Shown here piece after piece: positions 1-10,976 of a stretch of DNA of 64,000 nucleotides (positions are counted from its first letter, which is position 1; each line of letters starts with the position of its first letter). Origin of the DNA: an uncultured Gemmatimonadales bacterium (GTDB lineage Bacteria > Gemmatimonadota > Gemmatimonadetes > Longimicrobiales > Gaopeijiaceae). The stretch lies in contig CAWELD010000003.1 in the NCBI GenBank assembly GCA_963809895.1, positions 352,001-416,000 of the forward strand, read 5' to 3'. The notes beneath the pieces were generated by a model that was not told the origin of the DNA, searched no databases, and worked only from the letters and a program-made list of their open reading frames with translations. The translations under genes were made by a program, and so were the position numbers.

Positions 1-284
1 AAGAGCATGTGCTCCAGCAGGTGCACGATGCCGGTGCGCCCCCGCTCCTCGTTCACGCCGCCCACGGCGTACTGGACCACGAATGCCACCGTGGGGGCTC
101 CGGGCCGGGGGAGGATGACGAAGCGCATCCCGTTGTCCAGCGTGAGCTCCCGCACGGGCAGCGCCTCCCCCTGCGGCACCTGCCCTCGCAGTCCACCGCT
201 GCCGGACCCCGGAAGAAGGGCCAGGGCCGCCAGGGAAAGGGCCGCGAGGGCCCGGTGGCGCGGTGGGGATCGGTGATTCGTCAC
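1..284 (-). CDS. M16 (pitrilysin-family) zinc peptidase, N-terminal part; runs off the left edge
   Basis: Not in ORF track. Hand translation from GTG at 284: signal peptide, then VRELTLDNGMRFVILPRPGAPTVAF...GGVNEERGRTGIVHLLEHML with inverted zinc motif HxxEH. Confidence 0.85.
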   Translation of the reverse strand, partial: MTNHRSPPRHRALAALSLAALALLPGSGSGGLRGQVPQGEALPVRELTLDNGMRFVILPRPGAPTVAFVVQYAVGGVNEERGRTGIVHLLEHML

Positions 285-311
285 GCTGGTGGACCTGCGA
301 TCATCGCCTGT

Positions 312-1154
312 TCAGGTCGTGGACGGGGCCTCCGGCTGGCAACGAGGGCACAGGAAGGCCGATCGGTTGCCGAATACGAGGCGCTGGACGGGGGTGTTAC
401 ACCGGAAGCAGGGTTCGCCTTCCCGGCCGTAGACCCGCAACTCGCGCACGAACTCACCGGGGTCGCCATCGGCGTTGCGGTAGTCGCTGATGGTGGTCCC
501 GCCGGCACCCAACGCCTCGCGCAGTACGCGCCGCAGGGCGCGATGCAGGCGAGTCGACTCGGCGTCGCTCAGGCTGCGCGCCGGCCGGGCCGGGTGCACG
601 CCGGCGCGGTGGAGCGCCTCGTTGGCGTAGATGTTCCCGATCCCGGCGATCCTGCGCTGATCCAGGAGCCAGCTCCGGACGGGGCTGCGGGATCGCCCAA
701 GCCCCTGGGCGAGGACCCGCGCCGTGAATCCGTCAGCCAACGGCTCGGGACCCAGTGCCTGGTCGCGCTCGGCCCACTCCGAGGCGCTCAGGCATTCCAC
801 GCAGCCGAAACGCCGCACGTCGTCGAAGACCAGGGATCCGCCCTCGGCGAGGCGAAAGGTGATAGCGGGATGGGTAGGGCGGGGTGGAGCGCGCCCCTCC
901 ACCCCCACCGGTGCGAGCCAGCCGGTCATGCCCAGGTTCACCACCAGGACCCCACGGGCATCGAGGCGGAGAAGCACGTTCTTGGCGCGCCGGTCGAGGG
1001 TCTCGATGCGGCGGCCGCGCACGCAGTCACGGAAGCGCGCGGCGGGCACGCGCAGCACGTCGGCGTGGTGGACCCGCGCGTGCAGGATGGTCTTTCCCGC
1101 GATCGCGGGCCGGAGCCCGCGGACCAGCGTCTCCGCCTCGGGGAGCTCCGGCAC
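312..1154 (-). CDS. mutM: Formamidopyrimidine-DNA glycosylase
   Basis: N-terminal PELPE, H2TH motif GIGNIYANE, C-terminal zinc finger CFRC...CPRCQ. Confidence 0.97.
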   Translation of the reverse strand: MPELPEAETLVRGLRPAIAGKTILHARVHHADVLRVPAARFRDCVRGRRIETLDRRAKNVLLRLDARGVLVVNLGMTGWLAPVGVEGRAPPRPTHPAITFRLAEGGSLVFDDVRRFGCVECLSASEWAERDQALGPEPLADGFTARVLAQGLGRSRSPVRSWLLDQRRIAGIGNIYANEALHRAGVHPARPARSLSDAESTRLHRALRRVLREALGAGGTTISDYRNADGDPGEFVRELRVYGREGEPCFRCNTPVQRLVFGNRSAFLCPRCQPEAPSTT

Positions 1155-1190
1155 GGCGCGGTCAGCCTCCCAGCTTCACGGCGGTGGCGA

Positions 1191-2486
1191 TCATCGGGTC
1201 TCCTCCATGGTCTCGTGTCGAGCCAGCTCCCGCCATCCGATGTCGCCCCGGAACTGTTTGCCGCTGAAGTGCACGGCCGCGGCGGCTTCGCGGCTGCGGG
1301 CCGCGGCCTCCTCCAGCGTCGGGGCCACGGCGGTGCACGCCATGACCCGGCCGCCCGAGGTGACCAGGCGTCCGTCGCGGATGGCGGTGCCGGCGTGGAA
1401 CAGGATCAGGTCTTCGTCCACCGGCACGGCCGACAGGTCCACGTCCTTCCCCTTGTCGTACGCACCCGGGTATCCCCCCGATGCCACCACCGTGGTCAGG
1501 GCCGCGGCATCGCGCCAGCTGGGCACACGGCGCGCGAGTCCCGAGCCCTCGGCCGAGGCCACCAACAGCTCCAGCAGCGAGCTCTCCAGGAGCGGGAGCA
1601 CCACCTGCGTCTCCGGATCTCCGAAGCGGCAGTTGAACTCCACCACCCGGAGTCCCTTGTCCGTGATCATGAGGCCGGCGTAGAGGAGGCCGGAGAAGGG
1701 GGAGCCCCGCTCGGCCATGGCCCGCAGCGTCGGCACGAAGACCCGGTCCCGCGCCTCCCGCACGAGGGCCGGCGTTGCGAGCGAGACCGGGGCGTAGGCG
1801 CCCATGCCGCCGGTGTTGGGGCCGGTGTCGCCTTCGCCGACCCGCTTGTGGTCCTGCGAGGGCGCGAGGAGTACCACGTCCTCACCGTCGGTGACGCCGA
1901 AGATGGAGAGCTCCTCGCCCTCCATGAACTCCTCCACCACCACCTCGCGGCCGGCCTCGCCGAAGCTCAGGTCTTCCATCATGGCGTGGAGCGCAGCGCG
2001 GGCCTCTTCGACGGTGGCGCACACCAGTGCGCCCTTGCCCGCCGCGAGGCCCGAGGCCTTCACCACGATGGGGGCGCCCCGTTCCCGAACCCAGGCCTCG
2101 GCGGCGGCCAGGTCCGTGAAGACCCGGTAGTCGGCGGTGGGCACGGCGGCCTCGCGCATGAGGTCCTTGGAGAAGGCCTTGGAGCTCTCGATGCGGGCGG
2201 CGTCGGCCGAGGGGCCGAAGACGGGGAGCCCCCGCGAGCGGAAGCGGTCGGCGATGCCGGCGGCCAGCGGTGCCTCGGGTCCCACCACGGTGAGGTCGAT
2301 GGCCCGAGACGCGGCCCAGCCGACCAGGGCCTGGAGGTCGGTGGGCGCGATCTCCACCGCCTCGCAGTCCAGCCTCATGCCCCCGTTGGGCCGGGTCACG
2401 TACAGGGTGGCGCCGGGATGATCCCGGCGGAGCTTCCAGAGAAGGGCGTGCTCGCGACCGCCGTTCCCTACGATGAGTATGCGCAT
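1191..2486 (-). CDS. purD: Phosphoribosylamine-glycine ligase
   Basis: GNGGREHAL, GPEAPL, KASGLAAGKG, QDHKR, GPNTGGMG, EFNCRFGDPE. Confidence 0.97.
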   Translation of the reverse strand: MRILIVGNGGREHALLWKLRRDHPGATLYVTRPNGGMRLDCEAVEIAPTDLQALVGWAASRAIDLTVVGPEAPLAAGIADRFRSRGLPVFGPSADAARIESSKAFSKDLMREAAVPTADYRVFTDLAAAEAWVRERGAPIVVKASGLAAGKGALVCATVEEARAALHAMMEDLSFGEAGREVVVEEFMEGEELSIFGVTDGEDVVLLAPSQDHKRVGEGDTGPNTGGMGAYAPVSLATPALVREARDRVFVPTLRAMAERGSPFSGLLYAGLMITDKGLRVVEFNCRFGDPETQVVLPLLESSLLELLVASAEGSGLARRVPSWRDAAALTTVVASGGYPGAYDKGKDVDLSAVPVDEDLILFHAGTAIRDGRLVTSGGRVMACTAVAPTLEEAAARSREAAAAVHFSGKQFRGDIGWRELARHETMEETR

Positions 2487-2644
2487 GACAGGTCCGCGTG
2501 CTGCGATCGGTGCTGCGCGACCCGCGAGGGCCGCGTCGGGGACCCGAGACTAGGATCGACCGGCACCGATGTAAAGCGGGGGCGCCTCCGACGTGGAGAC
2601 GCCCCCGCTCACGGCTGCGTGGGCCAGGCTGGCGTGGGCCGCGG

Positions 2645-3649
2645 CTACTTGCGGAAGCCCCCGAAGAAGCTCTCGCCCATGCGCCGGGCGGCCCCGGCCA
2701 TCTGGTCCAGGAAGTCCCGGGCGCCCTGGGCGTACGCCTGGGCCGCCTCGCGCAGATCCTCCTGGTAGGCCGGATCCGGCTCACCACGTCGGGCATACTC
2801 GCCGCGCAGGATGCGATCGTAGGCGCCGCTCTCGATCCAGGCGCGGATCTCCGACACCCGCAGGACCCAGAACGGATGCGTGGTCCCCATGAGGTTCAGG
2901 ATCTTGAAGACCTGATCGGCCACGTCGCCGGAATCGCGGTATTCCTCGGCCTGCTTGATGAATTCCTGGAGGTTCATCTGCTCCAGATCGCCACCACCTG
3001 CCATCTTGAGCATGGTGCGCATGACGACCTCGGGATCCTGCACCGAGAGGAGCCCGGCGCGGTCACACGAGAGCTCGCTCTTGCGGGACCACTCGAGGAG
3101 CGCCACCAGTACCGCCCGAGCAGCCAGACCCACGATGGGGAAGCCCATGCCGGCGAGCTGGATGAGCAGCACCGTCATGGTCCGGTAGAGGACGTGGTCG
3201 CTGAGGATGTGCCCGAGCTCGTGGCCCAGGATGTAGCTCAGCTCCTCGTCGTCGAGGAGGGACACCGTGCCCGAGTTGAGGATGATGAACGGCTCGTCCA
3301 TCCCGTAGGCGCCGGCGTTGACGATGGGCGTCTGGGAGATGAACAGGTCGTAGTGCTCCTCCACGTCCAGCGTCCGGAGCACGTCCTGATAGAGCCCGTG
3401 GATCCTCGGGAACTGGTTCGCCGACACCTTCACGGCGTTGGCCTGGAAGGCGAGCCGGATCGGCTTTTCCCCGAAAAACCCGAACAGCTTGCGCAGGACT
3501 TCGTCGAAGACCGGCAGCTTCCTGAGCGCGGCCAGCGCCGCCTTGTCGGCCGGATGCTCCCACGCGCGCGGCGCGATATCCGTGAGCAGGCGTCGCGCCC
3601 GGGCGCCCTCGGGGGGATTCGTGGGTGTGCGGTCCTGATCGTCAGCCAT
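2645..3649 (-). CDS. M48-family zinc metalloprotease
   Basis: NAGAYG, HELGH (HExxH), WSRKSELSCDR, THP; ATG at 3649 preferred over GTG at 3655. Confidence 0.85.
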   Translation of the reverse strand: MADDQDRTPTNPPEGARARRLLTDIAPRAWEHPADKAALAALRKLPVFDEVLRKLFGFFGEKPIRLAFQANAVKVSANQFPRIHGLYQDVLRTLDVEEHYDLFISQTPIVNAGAYGMDEPFIILNSGTVSLLDDEELSYILGHELGHILSDHVLYRTMTVLLIQLAGMGFPIVGLAARAVLVALLEWSRKSELSCDRAGLLSVQDPEVVMRTMLKMAGGGDLEQMNLQEFIKQAEEYRDSGDVADQVFKILNLMGTTHPFWVLRVSEIRAWIESGAYDRILRGEYARRGEPDPAYQEDLREAAQAYAQGARDFLDQMAGAARRMGESFFGGFRK

Positions 3650-3748
3650 GAACACTGCCTCTTGCTGTGCGGGTCCCGGCGCGTTGATCGCGCCCTCCGA
3701 TTCCTACGGTACCCGGGGAGGGCGTGTTTCAGCCAGAGAGAAGGCGGC

Positions 3749-4912
3749 TCACACGTTCCGCGACAGCGCCTGGTCCAGGTCTTCGAGAAGGTCGTCCGGA
3801 TCCTCGACGCCCACCGAGAGCCGTACCAGCCCATCGGTGACGCCCATGCGCACGCGCATGTCCTCCGGCACGGAGGCGTGGGTCATGAGCGAAGGCACGC
3901 TGATGAGGGACTCGACCCCGCCCAGACTCTCGGCGAGCTGGAAGATGCGCGTGTTCTCCACCAGCGCCCGCGCCCGATCCAGGGTGCCCACGTCCACGGA
4001 CACCATGCCCGTGAACCCGGTCATCTGGCGGCGTGCGAGCTCGTGCTGCGGGTGCGAAGCCAGGCCCGGATAGAAGACCCGGTCCACCGCGGCGTGTCGC
4101 TCCAGGAAGCGGGCCACGGCCTCACCGTTGGCGTTGTGAGCGGCCATGCGCAGGTGGAGCGTCTTGGTGCCCCGCAGGCACAGCCAGGCGTCCATGGGGC
4201 CGGGCACCGCGCCGGTGGACTTGCGGACGAATCGGATCTCTTCGGCCAGCGCGTCGTCGTCCACCACCACCATGCCGCCGATGATGTCGGAGTGGCCGTT
4301 GAGGTACTTGGTGGTGGAGTGGACCACCACGTCGGCCCCGAGGGCGAGGGGCGTCTGATTGAAGGGCGAGGCGAAGGTGTTGTCCACCACCAGCAGCGCG
4401 TCGCCGCCATGCGCCACGTCCGCCACGGCGGCGATGTCACACAGCCGCATCATGGGGTTGGTGGGCGTCTCGACGTGCACGATGCGCGTTTCCGGGCGCA
4501 TGGCGGCGGCCACCGCGTCCGGATCCCGGGAATCCACGAAGCTGAACTCCAGACCCAGCTTGGCCAGGACCCGCGTGAACATGCGGGTCGTGCCCCCGTA
4601 GGTGTTCTCCTCAGAGACGATGTGGTCACCGGCGGAGAGGCGCTTCACCACGGCCTCGATGGCCGACAGGCCGCTGGAGAAGGCGATGCCGTGCCGGCCT
4701 CCTTCCAACGCGGCCACGTTGCGCTCCAGCGCCTCACGCGTCGGATTCGCCACCCGCGCGTAGTCGTAGATGCCTTCCAGGGGCTCACCGATGGCGGGCT
4801 GCACGTAGGTGGAGGTCTGGAAGATCGGGGGCATGATGGCCCCGGTGGTGGGCTCGGGGTCCTGGCCGGCGTGGACCGCCAGCGTGCCGAATCGGGCGTC
4901 TCGTGAGCTCAT
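3749..4912 (-). CDS. Cystathionine gamma-lyase/synthase (Cys/Met metabolism PLP enzyme)
   Basis: PPIFQTSTY, YARVANPT, DNTFASP, HSTTKYLNGHSD (PLP Lys), AESLGGVESL; start MSSRDARF at 4912. Confidence 0.92.
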   Translation of the reverse strand: MSSRDARFGTLAVHAGQDPEPTTGAIMPPIFQTSTYVQPAIGEPLEGIYDYARVANPTREALERNVAALEGGRHGIAFSSGLSAIEAVVKRLSAGDHIVSEENTYGGTTRMFTRVLAKLGLEFSFVDSRDPDAVAAAMRPETRIVHVETPTNPMMRLCDIAAVADVAHGGDALLVVDNTFASPFNQTPLALGADVVVHSTTKYLNGHSDIIGGMVVVDDDALAEEIRFVRKSTGAVPGPMDAWLCLRGTKTLHLRMAAHNANGEAVARFLERHAAVDRVFYPGLASHPQHELARRQMTGFTGMVSVDVGTLDRARALVENTRIFQLAESLGGVESLISVPSLMTHASVPEDMRVRMGVTDGLVRLSVGVEDPDDLLEDLDQALSRNV

Positions 4913-5091
4913 GGCAGGCCGCAGGGGTGGATCGTGAGGTTCGAGGATCGCGAAATGTACCGGCACCCGCCCGCGGCCACCACGCCACCTCGGCGGGCGA
5001 TGCGCGCGTTGACTCGATCTACCGCTTCGGGTGAAGTTTTCTTCCATCGGCGCGATCCCGCGCACGTGCGACCCTCGACCAGCCTGGCCTC

Positions 5092-6477
5092 ATGCCCATC
5101 CAGTTCCCCCCGGACCTCATGGTGAGCGTCTCCGGGGTGCGCGGACGTGTCGGCGCGCCCCTCACCCCCGAGCTCATGGCGGCCGTGGCCGCCGGGTTCG
5201 GCGATTTTCTGCGACGTGAGGGAGCCAACGGTCCGGTGGTCGTGGGGAGGGATTCGCGTACCTCCGGCCCCATGTTCGTGCGGGCCGTGGTGTCGGGCCT
5301 CCAGTCCGTGGGAGTGGACGTCATCGAGGTGGGCCTGGCACCCACCCCGACCATCCTGCTGGCGGTGGAGCACCATGGCGCCGCTGGCGGGATCGCGGTC
5401 ACGGCGAGCCACAACCCCGCCGAGTGGAACGCGCTCAAGCTCGCCAGCGGCGAGGGTATGTTCCTGGACGCGGAGGCGTCGGCCCGACTTCAACGACTCC
5501 TGACCCAGGACGATCCCCGACGCGCCGCGTGGGACGCGCTGGGGGAGGTCGGCGCGGACGAAGACGCGGTGGAGCGTCATCTCCAGGCCGTCCTCGCGCT
5601 GCCGCAGCTCGATGTGGAGGCCATGCGCCAGGCTCACCTCACCGTGGCCCTGGACTGCGTCAGAGGTGCCGGAGGCGTCATCGTTCCGCGCCTCCTGGAG
5701 GCGTTGGGTTGCACGGTGCACGCCATCCACACGGTGCCCGACGGACGCTTTCCCCGCGATCCGGAGCCCACGGCGGAGCACCTGGCGGAGCTGGGTCGGC
5801 TCGTGCGGGAGAGCGGGTCGGTGGTGGGGCTCGCGGTGGACCCCGACGCGGACCGCCTGTCGCTGGTGGACGAGACGGGGCGCGCCGTGGGCGAGGACCT
5901 GACGCTGGCACTGGCTGCCGACACGGTGCTGGGGCGCACCCCGGGGCCCGTGGTGACCAACCTCTCCACGAGCCGCGTGGTGGAGGACGTGGCTGCCGCC
6001 CACGGCGTGCCCCTCGTGCGCGCGCCGGTCGGCGAGATCAACGTGGCGCGCCGCATGCAGGCCGACGACGCGGTGGTGGGTGGGGAAGGGAACGGAGGTG
6101 TGATTCTGCCCGCGCTCCACCTCACGCGCGACGCTCCCGTGGGTGTGGCCCTGATCCTGCAGCATCTGGTGGACGTGGGCCTGCCCCTGTCCGGGGCCGT
6201 GGCACGGTGGCCCGCGTACCACATCGTGAAGGAAAAGGTGGCCTTCCCCCGGGAAGCCCTCCCCGACGCCTACCGGGCGTTGGCGGCGGATCTGGGGGCC
6301 GACCACGAGGATACCACCGACGGGCTGCGGCTTTCGTGGACCGGTCGGCGTGCGTGGCTGCACGTGCGGCCCTCGGGTACGGAGCCCGTCGTACGTCTCA
6401 TCGCCGAGGCGCCCGCTGCCCCCGCGGCCCGCGAGCTCCTGGCGCGAGGCGCCGGAATCCTCGAGGGCGTGGCCTGA
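5092..6477 (+). CDS. glmM: Phosphoglucosamine mutase / phosphohexomutase
   Basis: TASHNP phospho-Ser loop, DPDADR, GGEGNGG, RPSGTEP; adjacent to glmS. Confidence 0.85.
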   Translation: MPIQFPPDLMVSVSGVRGRVGAPLTPELMAAVAAGFGDFLRREGANGPVVVGRDSRTSGPMFVRAVVSGLQSVGVDVIEVGLAPTPTILLAVEHHGAAGGIAVTASHNPAEWNALKLASGEGMFLDAEASARLQRLLTQDDPRRAAWDALGEVGADEDAVERHLQAVLALPQLDVEAMRQAHLTVALDCVRGAGGVIVPRLLEALGCTVHAIHTVPDGRFPRDPEPTAEHLAELGRLVRESGSVVGLAVDPDADRLSLVDETGRAVGEDLTLALAADTVLGRTPGPVVTNLSTSRVVEDVAAAHGVPLVRAPVGEINVARRMQADDAVVGGEGNGGVILPALHLTRDAPVGVALILQHLVDVGLPLSGAVARWPAYHIVKEKVAFPREALPDAYRALAADLGADHEDTTDGLRLSWTGRRAWLHVRPSGTEPVVRLIAEAPAAPAARELLARGAGILEGVA

Positions 6478-6499
6478 TTCGACCCGGGAGAAACGCGAG

Positions 6500-8338
6500 A
6501 TGTGTGGCATTGTGGCATACCTGGGGCCCAAGCAGGCGGGTCCCATCCTCCTCGAAGGCCTGCGGCGCCTCGAGTACCGGGGATACGATTCGGCCGGCAT
6601 CAGCGTGGTCACCGACGACGGTCACGTCACCACCGTGAAGAAGGCCGGGAAGATCGCAGAGCTCGCGGCGGCAATCGACGGCAACATGCCCGCCGGCACC
6701 GTGGGCATCGCCCACACCCGGTGGGCCACCCACGGCGCGCCCAACGAGATCAACGCCCATCCCCACCTGAGCCAGAACGGCGACATCGCGCTCATCCACA
6801 ACGGGATCATCGAGAACGCCGCGCCACTCAAGCGCAAGCTGACCAGCCTGGGCTATCACTTCCAGAGCGAAACCGACACCGAGGTGGTGGTGCACCTCAT
6901 CGACCACCTCTTCCGCCCGGGCAGCACCCTCGAAGACGCCGTGGCCGGCGCGCTGCGGCAGGTGGACGGCACCTATGGCATCGCCGTGATCTCGTCCCGC
7001 GATCCGGGCAAGGTGGTGGTGGCCCGCAACGGCAGCCCGCTGCTCCTGGGCGTGGGCAAGGACGGTGAGCTCATGGCCGCGTCCGACGTGGCGGCGGTGG
7101 TGGCCCACACGCGCGACGTCGTGTATCTGGACGACGGCGACTACGCGGTCCTGGACCGCCACGGATACCGCACCTACCACGTGGACCGGGGGGCGGTCCT
7201 CCGCGACGTGCACGAGGTGACCTGGGACCTGGACGCCATCGAGAAGGGTGGCTACGAGCACTTCATGCTCAAGGAGATCTTCGAGCAGCCCTCCTCGCTG
7301 CGCGACGTCCTGCGCGGCCGGTTGCTCGAGGAGGAAGGCAACGCGCGGCTGGGCGGTATCACCGTGTCCGAGCAGGAGCTGGCTCGGGTCAAGCGCATCA
7401 CGATCACCGCGTGCGGGACGAGCTGGCACGCCGGGCTCATCGGCGAGTACATGCTCGAGGACCTGGCGGGGATCCCCGTGGACGTCCAGTACGCCTCGGA
7501 GTTCCGGTACAAGAACCCCGTGATCGAGGACGACACGCTGGTGCTGGCCATCAGTCAGTCCGGCGAGACGGCGGATACCCTGGCCGCCCTGCGCGAGGCC
7601 CGGCAGCGGGGGGCCGCCACCATGGGCATCGTGAACGTGGTGGGGAGCACCATCGCCCGCGAGACGGACTTCGGCGTCTACCTGCACGCCGGACCCGAGA
7701 TCGGCGTCGCGTCCACCAAGGCGTTCACGAGCCAGATCGCCGCGCTCCTGCTCTTCACCCTCTACCTGGGCCGTCGCCGTGGACTGTCGGTGCTCGAAGG
7801 GCGCCGCATCGTCGAGGCCCTGCGCACCCTGCCGGGGCAGGTGGAAGAGATCCTCGCCATGAACGACGAGATCCGCACGCTCGCCGAGGAGTACGCCGAT
7901 GCGCGCAACTTCCTCTATATGGGCCGCGGCTACCAGTTCCCGGTGGCGCTGGAAGGGGCGCTCAAGCTGAAGGAGGTGAGCTACATCCACGCCGAGGGCT
8001 ATCCGGCGGCGGAGATGAAGCACGGTCCCATCGCCCTCATCGACGAGAACATGCCCGTGGTGGTCCTGGCGCCCCGCGATCCGGTCTACGCGAAGGTCGT
8101 GTCCAACATCGAAGAGGTGAAGGCCCGGAGCGGCCACGTCATCGCGGTGGTGAGCGACGAGGCGCCGGAGTTGCAGGGCAGGGCGGATCACCTCATTCAG
8201 ATTCCCCAGACGCTCTCGTGCGTACAGCCCATCCTGTCCACGATCCCCCTGCAGCTTCTGGCCTACCACATCGCGGTCCTGCGGGGCTGTGACGTGGATC
8301 AACCCCGCAATCTGGCCAAGTCCGTCACGGTGGAATGA
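6500..8338 (+). CDS. glmS: Glutamine-fructose-6-phosphate aminotransferase
   Basis: MCGIV start at 6500, [34 protein letters not shown]. Confidence 0.98.
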   Translation: MCGIVAYLGPKQAGPILLEGLRRLEYRGYDSAGISVVTDDGHVTTVKKAGKIAELAAAIDGNMPAGTVGIAHTRWATHGAPNEINAHPHLSQNGDIALIHNGIIENAAPLKRKLTSLGYHFQSETDTEVVVHLIDHLFRPGSTLEDAVAGALRQVDGTYGIAVISSRDPGKVVVARNGSPLLLGVGKDGELMAASDVAAVVAHTRDVVYLDDGDYAVLDRHGYRTYHVDRGAVLRDVHEVTWDLDAIEKGGYEHFMLKEIFEQPSSLRDVLRGRLLEEEGNARLGGITVSEQELARVKRITITACGTSWHAGLIGEYMLEDLAGIPVDVQYASEFRYKNPVIEDDTLVLAISQSGETADTLAALREARQRGAATMGIVNVVGSTIARETDFGVYLHAGPEIGVASTKAFTSQIAALLLFTLYLGRRRGLSVLEGRRIVEALRTLPGQVEEILAMNDEIRTLAEEYADARNFLYMGRGYQFPVALEGALKLKEVSYIHAEGYPAAEMKHGPIALIDENMPVVVLAPRDPVYAKVVSNIEEVKARSGHVIAVVSDEAPELQGRADHLIQIPQTLSCVQPILSTIPLQLLAYHIAVLRGCDVDQPRNLAKSVTVE

Positions 8339-8775
8339 GGGTCGTCCTGCAGCGGGTCTCCCGGGCCAGCGTGTCGGTGGAGGGCGAGATCGTGGGCGCC
8401 ATCGGAGCGGGCCATCTGCTCCTGGCGGGGTTCACCGAGGGCGACGACGAGGACGGCCTGGTCTGGATGGCCGACAAGATCGTCGGGCTGCGCGTGTTCC
8501 CCGACGAGGAAGGCCGCATGAACCTGGGCCTGGACGAGGTCGGGGGGGATCTCCTGGTGGTGAGCCAGTTCACCCTCTACGGCGACACCCGCAAGGGACG
8601 ACGGCCTTCGTTCGTGCACGCCGCCGATCCCGAGATCGCGGTCCCGCTCTACGAGCGTTTCATCGAGCTCCTGCGCCAGCGCGCGCCTGGCCGGGTCGAA
8701 TCGGGAGTGTTCGGTGCCATGATGGATGTGGAGCTCGTCAACGACGGGCCTGTGACGCTGGTCCTGGAGCGGTGA
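8335..8775 (+). CDS. dtd: D-aminoacyl-tRNA deacylase
   Basis: [19 protein letters not shown]. Confidence 0.97.
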   Translation: MRVVLQRVSRASVSVEGEIVGAIGAGHLLLAGFTEGDDEDGLVWMADKIVGLRVFPDEEGRMNLGLDEVGGDLLVVSQFTLYGDTRKGRRPSFVHAADPEIAVPLYERFIELLRQRAPGRVESGVFGAMMDVELVNDGPVTLVLER

Positions 8776-9389
8776 GCGACACGCCGCGGCTCGTGCTGGC
8801 GTCGGCGTCTCCCCGGCGCGCGGCGATCCTCCGCCGCCTCGGGCTGGATCCGGAGATCGCACCGGCGCGGCTCGACGAGCGCTACCTTCCCGGCGAGACC
8901 CCGGTAGAACATGTGGAGCGCCTGGCCCGAGCGAAGGCCGAGGCCGTGGCGTCGGCCCACGGCGGCGCGCTCGTGCTGGGCGGCGACACGGTGGTGGTCC
9001 TGCAGGGCCGGGTCCTGGGCAAGCCCGCGGACCCGGAGCAGGCGGTGCGCATGCTCATGGCGCTGGCCGGGCGGGTCCACCACGTGCTCACCGGGCTGGC
9101 GGTGGTGGAAGCCGGGAGCACCTACTCGGGCGTGCAGCGCACCGAGGTCCGCTTCCGGGACTTCGACGAGGCACTGGCGCGTGGCTACGTGGAGACCGGC
9201 GAGCCCATGGACAAGGCCGGCGCCTACGGGATCCAGGGCCGGGGTACCGCGCTGGTGGACGCCATCGAAGGGGATTACGAGGCCGTGGTCGGCCTGCCGG
9301 TGGGGCTCCTGATCCAGCTCCTCCTCATCGCGGGATGGCGCTACACCTTCCGGGGCCTCGAGCCCAGGGAGGGGGGCGAGGCGCGGTAG
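8772..9389 (+). CDS. maf: Maf-family nucleoside triphosphate pyrophosphatase
   Basis: [31 protein letters not shown] overlaps dtd stop. Confidence 0.93.
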   Translation: MSDTPRLVLASASPRRAAILRRLGLDPEIAPARLDERYLPGETPVEHVERLARAKAEAVASAHGGALVLGGDTVVVLQGRVLGKPADPEQAVRMLMALAGRVHHVLTGLAVVEAGSTYSGVQRTEVRFRDFDEALARGYVETGEPMDKAGAYGIQGRGTALVDAIEGDYEAVVGLPVGLLIQLLLIAGWRYTFRGLEPREGGEAR

Positions 9390-9470
9390 TCCAGCGGCGC
9401 GATCTGGGCTACCATGATCCCGGTCACACGCTGCTCACCGCACCCGTCGCCACGCCGCCTGGAAGGCCCC

Positions 9471-10976
9471 ATGTCCCCACGCTCCGTCGTCGCCATCGAT
9501 CAGGGCACCACGGGCTCCACCGTCCTCGTCATCGGCGAGGAGGGGCGGGTCCTGGGTCGGGCCTATTCGGAGTTCACCCAGCACTTTCCGCGTCCGGGTT
9601 GGGTGGAGCACGACGCCCTGGAGATCTGGGAGGTCACCCGCCGGGTACTCGGCGAGGCGCTGGACTCGACGCCCGCGGCGCGCCAATCCACGGTGGAGGC
9701 CATCGGGATCACCAACCAGCGTGAGACGGTCGTGGTCTGGGATCGCGAGACGCTGGAGCCGGTGCACCGGGCCATCGTGTGGCAGGACCGCCGTACCGCC
9801 GATCTGTGCCGTGAGCTGCGAGAGGCCGGCCATCTGGCCGAGGTGCGTGCGCGCACGGGCCTGGTGCTGGATCCCTACTTCAGCGGTACCAAGCTCACCT
9901 GGCTCCTGCGGGAGCGTCCCGAGCTCCGCGCACGGGCGGAGAACGGTGCGTTGGCGTGCGGCACCATCGACAGCTGGCTCATGGCGCGCCTCACCGGCGG
10001 GGCGGTCCACGCCACCGACCACACCAACGCGTCCCGGACGCTCCTCTACGACCTGCACGAGCACGCCTGGTCGCCGGAGCTGCTGGAGCTCTTCGAGGTG
10101 CCGGCGGCCATGTTGCCCGAGGTGCGCCGAAGTGGGGGCGATTTCGGTGTGTCCCGCGGTGACGCCAGCGGTGTCGAAGCCCCGATCCTCGGCGTGGTGG
10201 GGGATCAGCAGGCGGCGCTCTTCGGGCAGGGGTGCTGGAGCCCGGGGCTGGCCAAGAACACCTACGGCACCGGAGCTTTCCTGCTCCTGCACACCGGCAG
10301 CGACGCCGTCATGTCGGAGCAGGGGTTGCTCACGACGGTGGCCGTGGATGCCGATGGTGGGCCCGCCTATGCGCTGGAAGGCTCCATCTTCATCGCCGGG
10401 GCCGCCATCCAGTGGCTCCGGGACGGGCTCGGCATCCTCAAGGAAGCCCGGGAGTCGGAGGAGCTGGCGCGCTCGGTGGAGGGCACCGACGGCGTCTTCT
10501 TCGTGCCCGCCTTCGTGGGGCTGGGGGCGCCGCACTGGGAGCCCGAGGCCCGAGGCACGTTGGTGGGTCTGACCCGAGGCACCACCCGCGCCCACGTGGT
10601 GCGTGCGGCGCTGGAGGCCATGGCCTACGCCACCGCCGACGTGCTGCACGCCATGGAGGCCGACTCCGGCGTGCCCGCTACCGAGCTCCGGGTCGACGGG
10701 GGCGCCACCGCCAACGACTGGCTCATGGAGTTCCAGTCGGGGGTCCTGGGGATTCCGGTGCGGCGTCCGCCGCTGGTGGAGACTACCGCCTTCGGAGCGG
10801 CCGGGCTCGCGGGTCTCACGGCGGGTCTGTGGTCGCGGGGAGAGGACTTCGTGCGGGCGCTCGGCGAGCCCACCGTGTTCGAGCCCGACCTGGGAGCGGG
10901 AGAGCGGGACCGGCTCCTGGACGGCTGGCGGCGCGCGGTGGCGGCAGCCCGGAGCTGGGCCGCGGCGGCGCCGTGA
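9471..10976 (+). CDS. glpK: Glycerol kinase
   Basis: IDQGTTGS, GITNQRET, WQDRRT, GDQQAALFGQ, KNTYGTG, LRVDGG. Confidence 0.96.
   Translation: MSPRSVVAIDQGTTGSTVLVIGEEGRVLGRAYSEFTQHFPRPGWVEHDALEIWEVTRRVLGEALDSTPAARQSTVEAIGITNQRETVVVWDRETLEPVHRAIVWQDRRTADLCRELREAGHLAEVRARTGLVLDPYFSGTKLTWLLRERPELRARAENGALACGTIDSWLMARLTGGAVHATDHTNASRTLLYDLHEHAWSPELLELFEVPAAMLPEVRRSGGDFGVSRGDASGVEAPILGVVGDQQAALFGQGCWSPGLAKNTYGTGAFLLLHTGSDAVMSEQGLLTTVAVDADGGPAYALEGSIFIAGAAIQWLRDGLGILKEARESEELARSVEGTDGVFFVPAFVGLGAPHWEPEARGTLVGLTRGTTRAHVVRAALEAMAYATADVLHAMEADSGVPATELRVDGGATANDWLMEFQSGVLGIPVRRPPLVETTAFGAAGLAGLTAGLWSRGEDFVRALGEPTVFEPDLGAGERDRLLDGWRRAVAAARSWAAAAP

Noticed and set aside
9..2768. Very long alternative-frame/antisense ORFs (e.g. 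9-2768, 2498-4906, 21478-24285, 36391-38766, 48037-51630, 60657-62876)
   Set aside because: Shadow ORFs opposite clear genes, expected at high GC; no recognisable motifs
4913..5091. SAM riboswitch upstream of the Cys/Met enzyme
   Set aside because: No SAM-I/II core motifs recognised; short divergent promoter region
6478..6499. glmS ribozyme
   Set aside because: Only 22 bp separate glmM and glmS
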